This document shows positions 26,139-34,382 of a stretch of DNA of 37,350 nucleotides, piece after piece. The notes beneath the pieces were generated by a model. It searched no databases, was not told the origin of the DNA, and was given only the letters and a program-made list of their open reading frames with translations. Both the position numbers and the translations under genes were made by a program. Numbering within the stretch: the first letter of the stretch is position 1; the number at the start of each line of letters is the position of its first letter. The stretch covers positions 1-37,350 of the forward strand of contig JBAZDD010000001.1 in NCBI GenBank assembly GCA_041654635.1, read 5' to 3'. This stretch comes from Candidatus Muiribacteriota bacterium (GTDB lineage Bacteria > Muiribacteriota > Muiribacteriia > Muiribacteriales > Muiribacteriaceae).

Positions 26139-28381
26139 ATAGAAAAATATACGAAAAATTCAGTATTGAGGATTGGATAAGGCTTGTAAGTATAAACAAT
26201 GCTATTGTTTCTGAGTTGCAGCTTGACAAAGTGCTTATTCTTATTCTTAAAAACGCTTTATCCTCAATAAATGCAATGCATGGTTCACTCATGCTTTTTG
26301 ATGATGAAGAATCTGATACTCTGAAAATTGCTGTTGCAGTAGGTATTCCACATAATATTATAAAAAAAGTTAAAATTAAAGTCGGGGAAGGAATTAGTGG
26401 AGAGGTTGCCAGAACAGGTGAGCCAGTGCTCATTCAGGATGTTGAGCATGACCCGGTTTTTGCAAGAAAAAACAGACCAAGATATTTTACAAAATCATGT
26501 CTTTCAGTTCCTCTTGTGTTTAAAAATAAAGTTATAGGTGTGTTCAATGTAAATGATAAGAAAAACTCAAAACAGTTTACTGAAAAAGACCTTATTTTTT
26601 CAAATACACTCGCTTCTCAGGCTGCGATTGCCATAGAAAATGCAAAATTATACATGCAGGTAAAAAAAGATAAAGTCAAACTTGAAAATCTTAACGTTGA
26701 ACTTGAAGAAAGTCTTTTTGCACTTTCTGAATATACTGAAGAACTTTTTGTATTTCATGAATTTACAAAAAAAATTTTTGATAAAGTTATAACATATATG
26801 GATTTAGATGAACTTACAGGAAAAATTTGTGAACTTTTCATGGAGCTTGAACCAATAAAATCAGATCTTGTAATTCTAAACTTTTTTGACAAAAATATTT
26901 TCAAAGTTTACAGTAAATCTGGTGAAGAAAAAAATTTTTCAAGCAGTGAAAAAGAAATAATATTAAAGATTTCAGATTATTGTCAGAAAAATAATGAATC
27001 AATGAGAATTCCTTTTGAAGAGGAAAGATATAAATTTTTTGAACAGGAAGCTTTAAAACATTACAATTCACTTCTTTCTGTTCCATTATATGGTAAAAGC
27101 GGCTCAATAGGTGTGCTCACTCTGGTAAAGAAAAATAAAAAATCAGGTTTATTTGATGAAAAAATCAGAAATCTGATGCTTATTTTTTCACTTCAAGTTT
27201 CAACAGCTCTTTCTCTGGTTTCAGCTTTAGAAGAAGTAATGAAAAAAAAGGTAATGGAAAATGAGTTGAAAGTTGCAGCAAAAATCCAGAAAATGTTTCT
27301 TCCTCGTGAAAACCCACTTGTTCCGGGACTTGAATTAAGTCATATCAACATTCCGACTTTTGAAGTTGGTGGAGATTATATTGATTTTCTCTGGCATAAT
27401 AATTCTAATCTGGGAATAAGTATTGGAGATGTTTCTGGAAAAGGCATTCCTGCGTCTCTCATAATGGCACTTACAAAATCCATAGTAAAGTCAAATGTTA
27501 CTCTTTACGATTCTCCAAAAGAATTACTTGAAAAAATAAACTATGAACTTCTTACAGAAATTGAAGGACACAGATTCGTTACCATGGCTTTTGGATTTTA
27601 CAACTGGGAGACAAGAAAACTTGAAATTGCGAAAGCAGGTCATAATCCACCACTTATATTTAAGAAAAGTGGAGAAATAATATCAATAAATCCTCAGGGG
27701 CTTTTCCTTGGAATGTTCCGAGACTGTATAATAAGACAGGAAGAATACAATCTTGATGTCGGTGATGTTCTTGTTTTATATACTGACGGGGTTATTGATG
27801 CAGAAGATTCAAAAGGTGTGAATTTTGGGTTAAAAAAAATGGAGAAAATAATCAGAGATAATATTGAAAAAAGTCCTGAAGAAATAAAAGACAAATTAAT
27901 AAAAAAACTTGAAAACTTTTATAAAGGTCAAAAACAGAATGATGATATATCAATTATAATTTGTAAAGCAATAGATTATTTTGAACGAAAATTTATAATA
28001 TCTTCAAATAAATCCCAGATACCAAGGTTACACTGGTACATTCAGAATCTTCTTAAAATGAAAGGTTATGAAAATGAGGATTTGAAGTTTAAAATAAGAC
28101 TCATTATAGATGAAATTTTAAGCAATGCTATTGAGCATGGTAATAAATACAATGATAATCGAAACATAGCAATATACCATAAAATTACATCAAAAAATCT
28201 CACAATTAAAATAATAGATGAAGGCAAGGGTTTTAACTGGCAGGAAAAAATCAGTAAGCAATGTGATATTAACATAAAATCAGAACGAGGCAGAGGTATT
28301 ATTATTGTTAAAGAGCTTTGCTCTTCAATAAAATACAACAAAAAAGGAAATGAAGTAACAATTAAAATTGATTTGGAATAG
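26135..28381 (+). CDS. Fusion protein: GAF, GAF, PP2C/SpoIIE-type phosphatase, RsbW/SpoIIAB-like serine-kinase (HATPase) domain
   Basis: GAF1 (KVGEGISGEVARTGEPVLI...GVFNVNDKKN...AAIAIENAKLY). GAF2 (SVPLYGKSGSIGVLTLVKK). PP2C motifs GGDYIDF, GDVSGKGIPASLIMA, LVLYTDGVIDAE and NDDISIII. C-terminal IDEILSNAIEHGN...IIDEGKGF...ERGRGIIIVKEL. ATGA overlap with the kinase gene. Confidence 0.85.
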   Translation: MNRKIYEKFSIEDWIRLVSINNAIVSELQLDKVLILILKNALSSINAMHGSLMLFDDEESDTLKIAVAVGIPHNIIKKVKIKVGEGISGEVARTGEPVLIQDVEHDPVFARKNRPRYFTKSCLSVPLVFKNKVIGVFNVNDKKNSKQFTEKDLIFSNTLASQAAIAIENAKLYMQVKKDKVKLENLNVELEESLFALSEYTEELFVFHEFTKKIFDKVITYMDLDELTGKICELFMELEPIKSDLVILNFFDKNIFKVYSKSGEEKNFSSSEKEIILKISDYCQKNNESMRIPFEEERYKFFEQEALKHYNSLLSVPLYGKSGSIGVLTLVKKNKKSGLFDEKIRNLMLIFSLQVSTALSLVSALEEVMKKKVMENELKVAAKIQKMFLPRENPLVPGLELSHINIPTFEVGGDYIDFLWHNNSNLGISIGDVSGKGIPASLIMALTKSIVKSNVTLYDSPKELLEKINYELLTEIEGHRFVTMAFGFYNWETRKLEIAKAGHNPPLIFKKSGEIISINPQGLFLGMFRDCIIRQEEYNLDVGDVLVLYTDGVIDAEDSKGVNFGLKKMEKIIRDNIEKSPEEIKDKLIKKLENFYKGQKQNDDISIIICKAIDYFERKFIISSNKSQIPRLHWYIQNLLKMKGYENEDLKFKIRLIIDEILSNAIEHGNKYNDNRNIAIYHKITSKNLTIKIIDEGKGFNWQEKISKQCDINIKSERGRGIIIVKELCSSIKYNKKGNEVTIKIDLE

Positions 28382-28403
28382 CATATATATGCAGGGGGCG
28401 GAT

Positions 28404-28775
28404 TTGAAAAAGATACTGGTGGCTGATGATGAAAAAAATATTCTGAGAATTATTCAGTTTAATTTGACAAAAGCAGGATATAATGTCATAACAGCAGAGG
28501 ATGGTGGAGAAGCTTTTGAAAAAATAGTTAAAGAGAAACCAGACCTTGTAATTCTTGATATAATGATGCCAAAACTGAATGGGTTTGAAGTTTGTTCAAA
28601 AGTGAAAAAAGAGTTGAAAATGAAAGTGAAAATTATTCTGCTTTCAGCTAAGGGTCAGAAAAATGATATAGAAAGAGGAAATGAATCAGGAGCAGATAAA
28701 TATCTGGTAAAACCATTCAGCCCTAAAATATTATTAGAAACAATAGAGGAAATGCTAGGGTCTGGCCGCGCCTGA
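28404..28775 (+). CDS. Single-domain CheY-like response regulator receiver
   Basis: KILVADDEKNILRII, phospho-acceptor context DLVILDIMMPKLNGFEV, then LSAKG and KYLVKPFSP. The TTG at 28404 sits 5 nt after AGGGGG. The in-frame ATG at 28389 is an alternative start with no SD. The last 5 codons and the TGA lie inside the 51-bp repeat. Confidence 0.88.
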   Translation: MKKILVADDEKNILRIIQFNLTKAGYNVITAEDGGEAFEKIVKEKPDLVILDIMMPKLNGFEVCSKVKKELKMKVKIILLSAKGQKNDIERGNESGADKYLVKPFSPKILLETIEEMLGSGRA

Positions 28776-28872
28776 AGTTGAGCTTAAATATGCGGCCTGA
28801 CCCATCGTTTTGCTGGCCGCGCCTGAAGTTGAGCTTAAATATGCGGCCTGACCCATCGTTTTGCTGGCCGCC
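28762..28872. repeat. GC-rich 51-bp tandem direct repeat, 2.2 copies, with internal GGCCGC/GCGGCC inverted repeats
   Basis: CTGGCCGCGCCTGAAGTTGAGCTTAAATATGCGGCCTGACCCATCGTTTTG occurs at 28762-28812 and identically at 28813-28863. A partial copy CTGGCCGCC follows at 28864-28872. I count 28/51 G+C, against a roughly 30% background. Confidence 0.9.
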
Positions 28873-28906
28873 AGTTTTATAGCTATTATTGCTTTGGAGG
28901 AAATTA

Positions 28907-29242
28907 ATGAATTTAGAAGAAAAAATCAAGTTTATTGTTGAAAAAATTGAAGAAAAGAAAGGAATAGACATTTTAGTTGTAGATGCTCCTGAAAAACAGC
29001 TTATTGATAAATTTGTAATCTGTTCCGGCTCTTCAGACCCTCATATAAAAACAATATATGAAAATTTAAGAGTAAGTCTCAAAGATAATAATGTTCACAT
29101 TTACAATATTGAGCAGAATTTTAATCTGGCAGCGGGATGGCTTGTTATTGATACAGGAGATGTTGTAGTACATATAATGAGTGAAGAAAAACGCGAATAT
29201 TATGAGCTTGAAGATTTATGGAGTGAATACATAGGTAAATAA
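28907..29242 (+). CDS. rsfS: Ribosomal silencing factor RsfS (iojap family)
   Basis: ATG at 28907, 6 nt after GGAGG (28896-28900). Motifs DILVVDAPEKQLIDKFVICSGSS and WLVIDTGDVVVHIMSEEKREYYELEDLW. Confidence 0.9.
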   Translation: MNLEEKIKFIVEKIEEKKGIDILVVDAPEKQLIDKFVICSGSSDPHIKTIYENLRVSLKDNNVHIYNIEQNFNLAAGWLVIDTGDVVVHIMSEEKREYYELEDLWSEYIGK

Positions 29243-30313
29243 ATGGCAGAAATATCTGAAATTATATTTAAACTTGATAGTACAGACCCGAATATATGGC
29301 GTGATGCAATAGAAAGTTTGAAAAATGTTGATAAAAATCAGGCAAAAAGACTGTTGATGCAGATTATTACAACTTCTCCTGATTTGGGTAAAAAATATCT
29401 TGCAAAAAAAGTTCTTGCTGAAATAAATCCGCAGGAAGCTTCAAAGGTTTCGGATGAACCTGAAAAACCAAAACCTGTTTTACAGAACACCGAAGCTAAT
29501 GCTTCACCAGAAAAATCATCAGGAAGTAAGCTGTCTGATTATCTCCATTCAGATGATTATGAAACAGTTGTCAAAGCAATAATGCATATAATGCAGAATA
29601 ATCTTAAAGATTTTCTCCCACAGCTTGTAAATATGCTTAAACCGGAAGCTCATCCTTTTGTGAGAGCTACTCTGGTGAAAGCATTATGTAAATTGGGTGG
29701 GGTTAATTATCTGAAAATTGTTGTAATTTATCTGAAAGATGAAGATAACAGAGTGAGAGCAAATACTATTGAAGCACTTGAAACACTCGGACATTCAGCA
29801 GTTTTTCCTTATATAATGCCTATGATAAATGATCCTGATAACAGAGTAAAAGCAAATGCTCTAAAAGCAATAAAAAATCTTGACAGAGAAAAAATGTTAT
29901 CAGTTATAAAAAACATGATGGCTTCAAAGGAAGATTATTATGTAATATCAGCTATGTTTGTAATAGAAAGTCTTGAACTTACCGAGCTTGACAGAGAGCT
30001 TGAACAACTGATGGATGACGATAGAGATGAAGTTGCTCAGAAAGCAAGAGAACTTGGTCAAAAGCGCGGATTAAAATCATCCTCAGCTTCAACAACTCAG
30101 GAAAATGTAGATTTCAAGGGAATTGTTGATAAGGTGATATTAAACAGAGGATTAGTTTTAAAAAATGAAAAAGGCGTGAGAGTAGGAGTGATTTTCCCTG
30201 ATAACTCCAAAATCGCATTAAATCAGATGATTGGAGTATCAGGAAGGTTAGTTAAAGATGACAGATATTTTTTTATTCTACCAACAAAAATTGGGCTCAT
30301 ACGGCAGAATTGA
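29243..30313 (+). CDS. HEAT-repeat protein (PBS-lyase-type HEAT repeats), function unknown
   Basis: Repeated units such as PFVRATLVKALCKLG, DEDNRVRANTIEALETLG and DPDNRVKANALKAIKNL. A low-complexity linker is followed by a roughly 70-aa C-terminal domain I cannot assign. Confidence 0.6.
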   Translation: MAEISEIIFKLDSTDPNIWRDAIESLKNVDKNQAKRLLMQIITTSPDLGKKYLAKKVLAEINPQEASKVSDEPEKPKPVLQNTEANASPEKSSGSKLSDYLHSDDYETVVKAIMHIMQNNLKDFLPQLVNMLKPEAHPFVRATLVKALCKLGGVNYLKIVVIYLKDEDNRVRANTIEALETLGHSAVFPYIMPMINDPDNRVKANALKAIKNLDREKMLSVIKNMMASKEDYYVISAMFVIESLELTELDRELEQLMDDDRDEVAQKARELGQKRGLKSSSASTTQENVDFKGIVDKVILNRGLVLKNEKGVRVGVIFPDNSKIALNQMIGVSGRLVKDDRYFFILPTKIGLIRQN

Positions 30314-30641
30314 ACTTTTTTTTCTATTATGGTCAGTAAGTATTTCCCTGCTGGTTTTGTCTGAAAGAATTTTATTTTATTTTATAAAAAAAAATAAAAT
30401 AAAAAATCTACTTATTTTAAAAATTTCGGTTAAATCATTAGTATTTTCAATTATTTCATCTTATATAATTTTTTTTTACTGGATTATAACTTTATTTAAA
30501 CCAGATTTAACAGCCTTTTTCCTTTTTATATTTTATTCAGTAACCGGTTATATGTATAATAAATATGTATTGAAGTTGCTATCTACTGCAATACTTGGTA
30601 TTTTTATTGTATCGTACGTTATAAGGAGTATTATTTTATGA
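30258..30641 (+). CDS. Small hydrophobic membrane protein, hypothetical (start uncertain)
   Basis: Three to four predicted TM helices. Its stop overlaps the Omp85 start (ATGA). The ATG at 30258 would overlap the HEAT gene by 56 nt, so an internal alternative start is possible. Confidence 0.35.
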   Translation: MTDIFLFYQQKLGSYGRIELFFLLWSVSISLLVLSERILFYFIKKNKIKNLLILKISVKSLVFSIISSYIIFFYWIITLFKPDLTAFFLFIFYSVTGYMYNKYVLKLLSTAILGIFIVSYVIRSIIL

Positions 30642-32320
30642 AAAAAAGTTATTTATTATTTATTTTTATGGTTTTATTTTTGATAAACTCTCATGGCTTC
30701 GTTATAAATAAGGTAAATCTTGCTGGAAATAATACAATTATGGATTCAGTGATAAAGCTTTCAATTTCAGTTAGAGAAGGCGATAAAATTCCACAGTCAG
30801 AAAAAGAATTAGTTGATTTCTCTGAAAATCTTAAAAATGAAATTCTTGAACTTGGTTTTTTTGGCAACGCAGCAGTGACCATTGTTCCTGTAAGCAGAGA
30901 AGCGGCAAATCTAAACATTCAGGTTCTTGAATTCCCTGTGATTAAAGACATAATAATTGAAGGTGAGGAAGAAATTCTTGACAGAAATGAAATTATATCA
31001 AGAATGAAAACTAAAAAAGGAGATATACTCAACATTAATAGTTTTCGTGAAGATCTTATAAGTCTGAGAGATTACTTTTTTGAAAAAGGTGTTATACTGG
31101 GTGGAGAGTCATCTATTAATCTGAGCGAAGAATTTGATAAAGTTATTATAAAAATATATCGTTCTCAGGTTAACAGTATTGAAATTGAAGGTAATCTTAA
31201 AACAAGAGATAATGTTATTACAAGAGAGCTTGAGTTTGAAGTTGGATCAGCTTACGATTTTGTTAAAATGAGAAGATCATATCAGAATCTTGCCAATACA
31301 GGATATTTTAAAAAAATTGACTTTATTCCGCAGCCAAATGAAGATGGTGATATAGATCTTAAAATTGAAATTGAAGAAGATAATACAGGAGAATTTCGTT
31401 TTGGGGGAACCTATGGTTCTGAAAACGGATTGACTGGATTAATAGAAGTCAGAGAAAAAAACTTCAAAGGAAAAGGTTTTACTCTTAATGTTAAAGCAGA
31501 ATTCGGTGGATATGACAATTATGAGCTTGGATATTATAATCCAAGATGGAAAGATAAAAAAATAAGTCAGGGAATAAATTTTTATGATACAAAATATGAA
31601 AGAGACAGTTATTCTTCAACTGGAGTATTTCTGTCAACATACGAGGAAAGAAAAAAAGGTTTTAATATTTCCTGGGGAAAATATTACACAAGATTTTCAA
31701 GATTTGGAGCAACTTTTTATAATGAAAATATACAGATAAGTCCAGCAACCGCAGGTATAAAAGATAAAAATTCTCAGACATTAAGTCTTTCCATATCAAA
31801 AGATGTCAGAGATAATATTTTCTATCCAACTTATGGATATTATGCAATTTCATGGATAGACTATACCGGTGGATTATTAAAAGGACCTGATGAATATACA
31901 AGATACACTACTGATTTTAGAAATTTCAAACAGCTTTCACCGAGAATGGTATTAGCAACAAGAATTAAATATGGTAAAATTGACGTAAGAGAAGGTTCTG
32001 TTGAAGATTACGAACTTTTATCCTTAGGTGGAGGCAACTCACTGAGAGGGTATAGATTAAGAGAATTTTCTGGAACGGAAATGGCTCTGGGAAATCTTGA
32101 GTTCAGATATTCAATGAGCGAAGCATTTAAATTATGTCTTTTTTATGATACAGGAAGTATGAATTTTAATGACAGAATTTCCAAATCTGGTTCAAAATCA
32201 GCTTATGGAATAGGATTACAGTTTAAAACACCACTTGGAATACTCCGACTTGACTGGGGTAAACCTGTTGAGTCTGGTAGAAAAACCCGAAACTATTTTA
32301 ACTTTGGACCTATTTTTTAA
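30638..32320 (+). CDS. Omp85-family outer-membrane protein (BamA/TamA-like) with a short POTRA region
   Basis: Signal peptide MKKSYLLFIFMVLFLINSHG. POTRA-like repeats (INKVNLAGNNTIMDSVI, IKDIIIEGEEEILDRNEI, IEIEGNLKTRDNVITRELEFEVGSAYD). Beta-barrel region with GGGNSLRGY. Terminal aromatic residue in ...NFGPIF. Confidence 0.85.
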   Translation: MKKSYLLFIFMVLFLINSHGFVINKVNLAGNNTIMDSVIKLSISVREGDKIPQSEKELVDFSENLKNEILELGFFGNAAVTIVPVSREAANLNIQVLEFPVIKDIIIEGEEEILDRNEIISRMKTKKGDILNINSFREDLISLRDYFFEKGVILGGESSINLSEEFDKVIIKIYRSQVNSIEIEGNLKTRDNVITRELEFEVGSAYDFVKMRRSYQNLANTGYFKKIDFIPQPNEDGDIDLKIEIEEDNTGEFRFGGTYGSENGLTGLIEVREKNFKGKGFTLNVKAEFGGYDNYELGYYNPRWKDKKISQGINFYDTKYERDSYSSTGVFLSTYEERKKGFNISWGKYYTRFSRFGATFYNENIQISPATAGIKDKNSQTLSLSISKDVRDNIFYPTYGYYAISWIDYTGGLLKGPDEYTRYTTDFRNFKQLSPRMVLATRIKYGKIDVREGSVEDYELLSLGGGNSLRGYRLREFSGTEMALGNLEFRYSMSEAFKLCLFYDTGSMNFNDRISKSGSKSAYGIGLQFKTPLGILRLDWGKPVESGRKTRNYFNFGPIF

Positions 32321-32937
32321 TGGATAAAAAAGACATAAGTGAAATCACAATTGAAAATCTGTCACATATTGTTAAAACACCATTATCAATAATCTTAGGC
32401 TATACTGAAATACTTCTTGCAGGAATTGCGGGGAAAATGAATGATGAGCAGGAAGAATACATAAAAAAAATAAAAAATGAAGTTTTAAACACAGATAATT
32501 ATCTGAACATTTTTATTGATAATATTGAAAAAGAGTTCAGTAATATAAATTCAAAAATTAAGGAATTAAATCTAACTGAAATTTTAAAAGATGTTTTTCT
32601 GATTTTTTATTCAAAATGCGAAAATGGAAAAAAATGCCTTGATTTTATACTTCCTGAAAAAGATTATTTTTATAAACTGCATGAAGATTTTAAAAAAGCA
32701 GTTATACTGATAATTCAGGATATGATGAAAAAAATGGGAGAAGAAAACAAGATTAAACTTAAATTCAGCCCAGGTGATTCTGCCGGTTTTATGATTGAAA
32801 TTTACACAGAAGCAGGATGTATTGAAGATTTTTTCAATACAGATTCAATAATGATAATAACAGCTAAAAAAGTGCTTAACCTTTCAGGAATCAGTGTTTT
32901 TATTAAAGATAAAAAGGTAAATATAAAATATGAATGA
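32320..32937 (+). CDS. Small cytoplasmic HisKA-like protein lacking recognisable ATP-binding boxes
   Basis: H-box-like ENLSHIVKTPLSIILGYTEILL near the N-terminus. I could not find N, G1 or G2 boxes in the remaining roughly 150 aa. TAATG overlap with the Omp85 gene. Confidence 0.45.
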   Translation: MDKKDISEITIENLSHIVKTPLSIILGYTEILLAGIAGKMNDEQEEYIKKIKNEVLNTDNYLNIFIDNIEKEFSNINSKIKELNLTEILKDVFLIFYSKCENGKKCLDFILPEKDYFYKLHEDFKKAVILIIQDMMKKMGEENKIKLKFSPGDSAGFMIEIYTEAGCIEDFFNTDSIMIITAKKVLNLSGISVFIKDKKVNIKYE

Positions 32938-33844
32938 AAAAATTGGCCTTCTAATGGGAGGAAAGTCAAAAGAAAGAGAAATATCACTACGCAGTGGCAA
33001 AAATGTTCTTGAAGCACTTCAGAAAAATGGATACGAGGTAGTAACTCTTGATACAGATGATAATCTTTTATTAAATATTCGAAAAGAAAAAATTTCGCGT
33101 GTTTATAATGCACTTCATGGAACTTATGGTGAAGATGGTACAATTCAGGGATTTTTAGAGCTTTACAATATAAAATATACGGGCAGTAAAGTATTAGGCT
33201 CTGCAATATGTATGAATAAAGCCGTAACAAAACAGCTTCTATCAGAAGCCGGAATAAACAATTCACCATTTCAGACCGTAACTTATAGAGATTATATCAA
33301 AGGAAATTTGAATTTTGATAAATTTGATTTTCCTGTAGTTGCAAAACCAAACTCTGAAGGTTCAAGCATAGCAGTTTCAATAATTGAAACCAGAGAAGAA
33401 TTAGAAAAATATTTTTCTGACAATCTTGAAGAATATAAAAATGTTCTTGTTGAAAAATTTATAAGAGGGCGTGAAATAACAGTTGGCATAATAGGTTGTG
33501 AAGAATTGACAGTACTTCCCATACTTGAGCTGAAACCCCATAATAAATTTTATGATTATGAAGCAAAATATACCCCTGGAATGACTGATTTTATAATTCC
33601 TGCTGATTTTCCAGTTCAGGTTGAAAATAAAATTAAAACCATGGCGGAAAAAGCCCATAAAATTTGTCACTGCCACGGTGTTTCAAGAGTTGATATGATA
33701 GTTGATGAAAACAATATTCCTTATATACTTGAAATAAATACATCACCGGGAATGACCGATCAATCAGACCTTCCTGCACAGGCAAAAGCAGCAGGTATTA
33801 ATTTTGAACAGCTTGTTGAAATTATAATGAGGAGCACAGACTGA
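32930..33844 (+). CDS. ddl: D-alanine--D-alanine ligase
   Basis: IGLLMGGKSKEREISLRSG, ALHGTYGEDGTIQGFLE, VVAKPNSEGSSIAVS and LEINTSPGMT. Confidence 0.95.
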   Translation: MNEKIGLLMGGKSKEREISLRSGKNVLEALQKNGYEVVTLDTDDNLLLNIRKEKISRVYNALHGTYGEDGTIQGFLELYNIKYTGSKVLGSAICMNKAVTKQLLSEAGINNSPFQTVTYRDYIKGNLNFDKFDFPVVAKPNSEGSSIAVSIIETREELEKYFSDNLEEYKNVLVEKFIRGREITVGIIGCEELTVLPILELKPHNKFYDYEAKYTPGMTDFIIPADFPVQVENKIKTMAEKAHKICHCHGVSRVDMIVDENNIPYILEINTSPGMTDQSDLPAQAKAAGINFEQLVEIIMRSTD

Positions 33845-33845
33845 T

Positions 33846-34382
33846 ATGGGAAAATTTCCATACACAAAAGAAGATATATTAAAAATTACAGAAATTAAAG
33901 AAAGACTGCTGCGTTTCTGGGTAAAAGAATATAAACTTAAAAAATATGTAAATTCCTCTAAAGCTGGAAATACTTATTCTGAAAAAGCCCTTTTTTATAT
34001 AAAAGTAATAAAATTTCTCAAAAATGAAGATATATATTCAACGAAAGGAATAGTTCAAATTGTTGAAAATCTTAAAAAAGGAAATAACATAATTTCAGAA
34101 ATGGAGTTTTTCAAAAGTTTTGAAAAGGAATTTATTAATATTTCATCAGAAAATAATACATTAACTGACATAGAAAAACATACTGAAAATATTTCTGAAA
34201 AAAACAATGATACAGGTGATGAATATTATTTTAACCTGCTTAGAAAAGCAGAAACTCTAATATCGCAGAATAATTATTTCGATGCAATAAATCTGCTCAC
34301 TTTAATCAGTAACAATTCTGAAACTTATAACGCTATTGCAAGAGAAATGATTTCTCTGCTGGAATCTTCAGATGAAAAATAA
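33846..34382 (+). CDS. Hypothetical protein with a MerR-like N-terminal HTH
   Basis: YTKEDILKITEIKERLLRFWVKEYKL...YSEKALFYIKVIKFLK follows the MerR HTH-wing spacing pattern. The C-terminal half has no recognisable motif. Confidence 0.4.
   Translation: MGKFPYTKEDILKITEIKERLLRFWVKEYKLKKYVNSSKAGNTYSEKALFYIKVIKFLKNEDIYSTKGIVQIVENLKKGNNIISEMEFFKSFEKEFINISSENNTLTDIEKHTENISEKNNDTGDEYYFNLLRKAETLISQNNYFDAINLLTLISNNSETYNAIAREMISLLESSDEK

Noticed and set aside
26116-26433. A 105-aa - strand ORF.
   Set aside because: It is antisense to the first GAF domain of the PP2C fusion protein, so it is a shadow ORF.
28762-28872. A possible CRISPR array.
   Set aside because: The copies are directly adjacent with no spacers. 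There are only 2.2 units, the unit is 51 bp, and there are no cas genes in the window.
28723-28971. An 82-aa - strand ORF with an internally duplicated peptide (GGQQNDGSGRIFKLNFRR twice).
   Set aside because: The duplication is simply the translation of the 51-bp tandem DNA repeat. The ORF overlaps the ends of the receiver gene and of rsfS, and has no SD sequence.
32802-33269. A 155-aa - strand ORF.
   Set aside because: It is antisense to the HisKA-like gene end and to the conserved N-terminus of ddl. There is no independent support for it.
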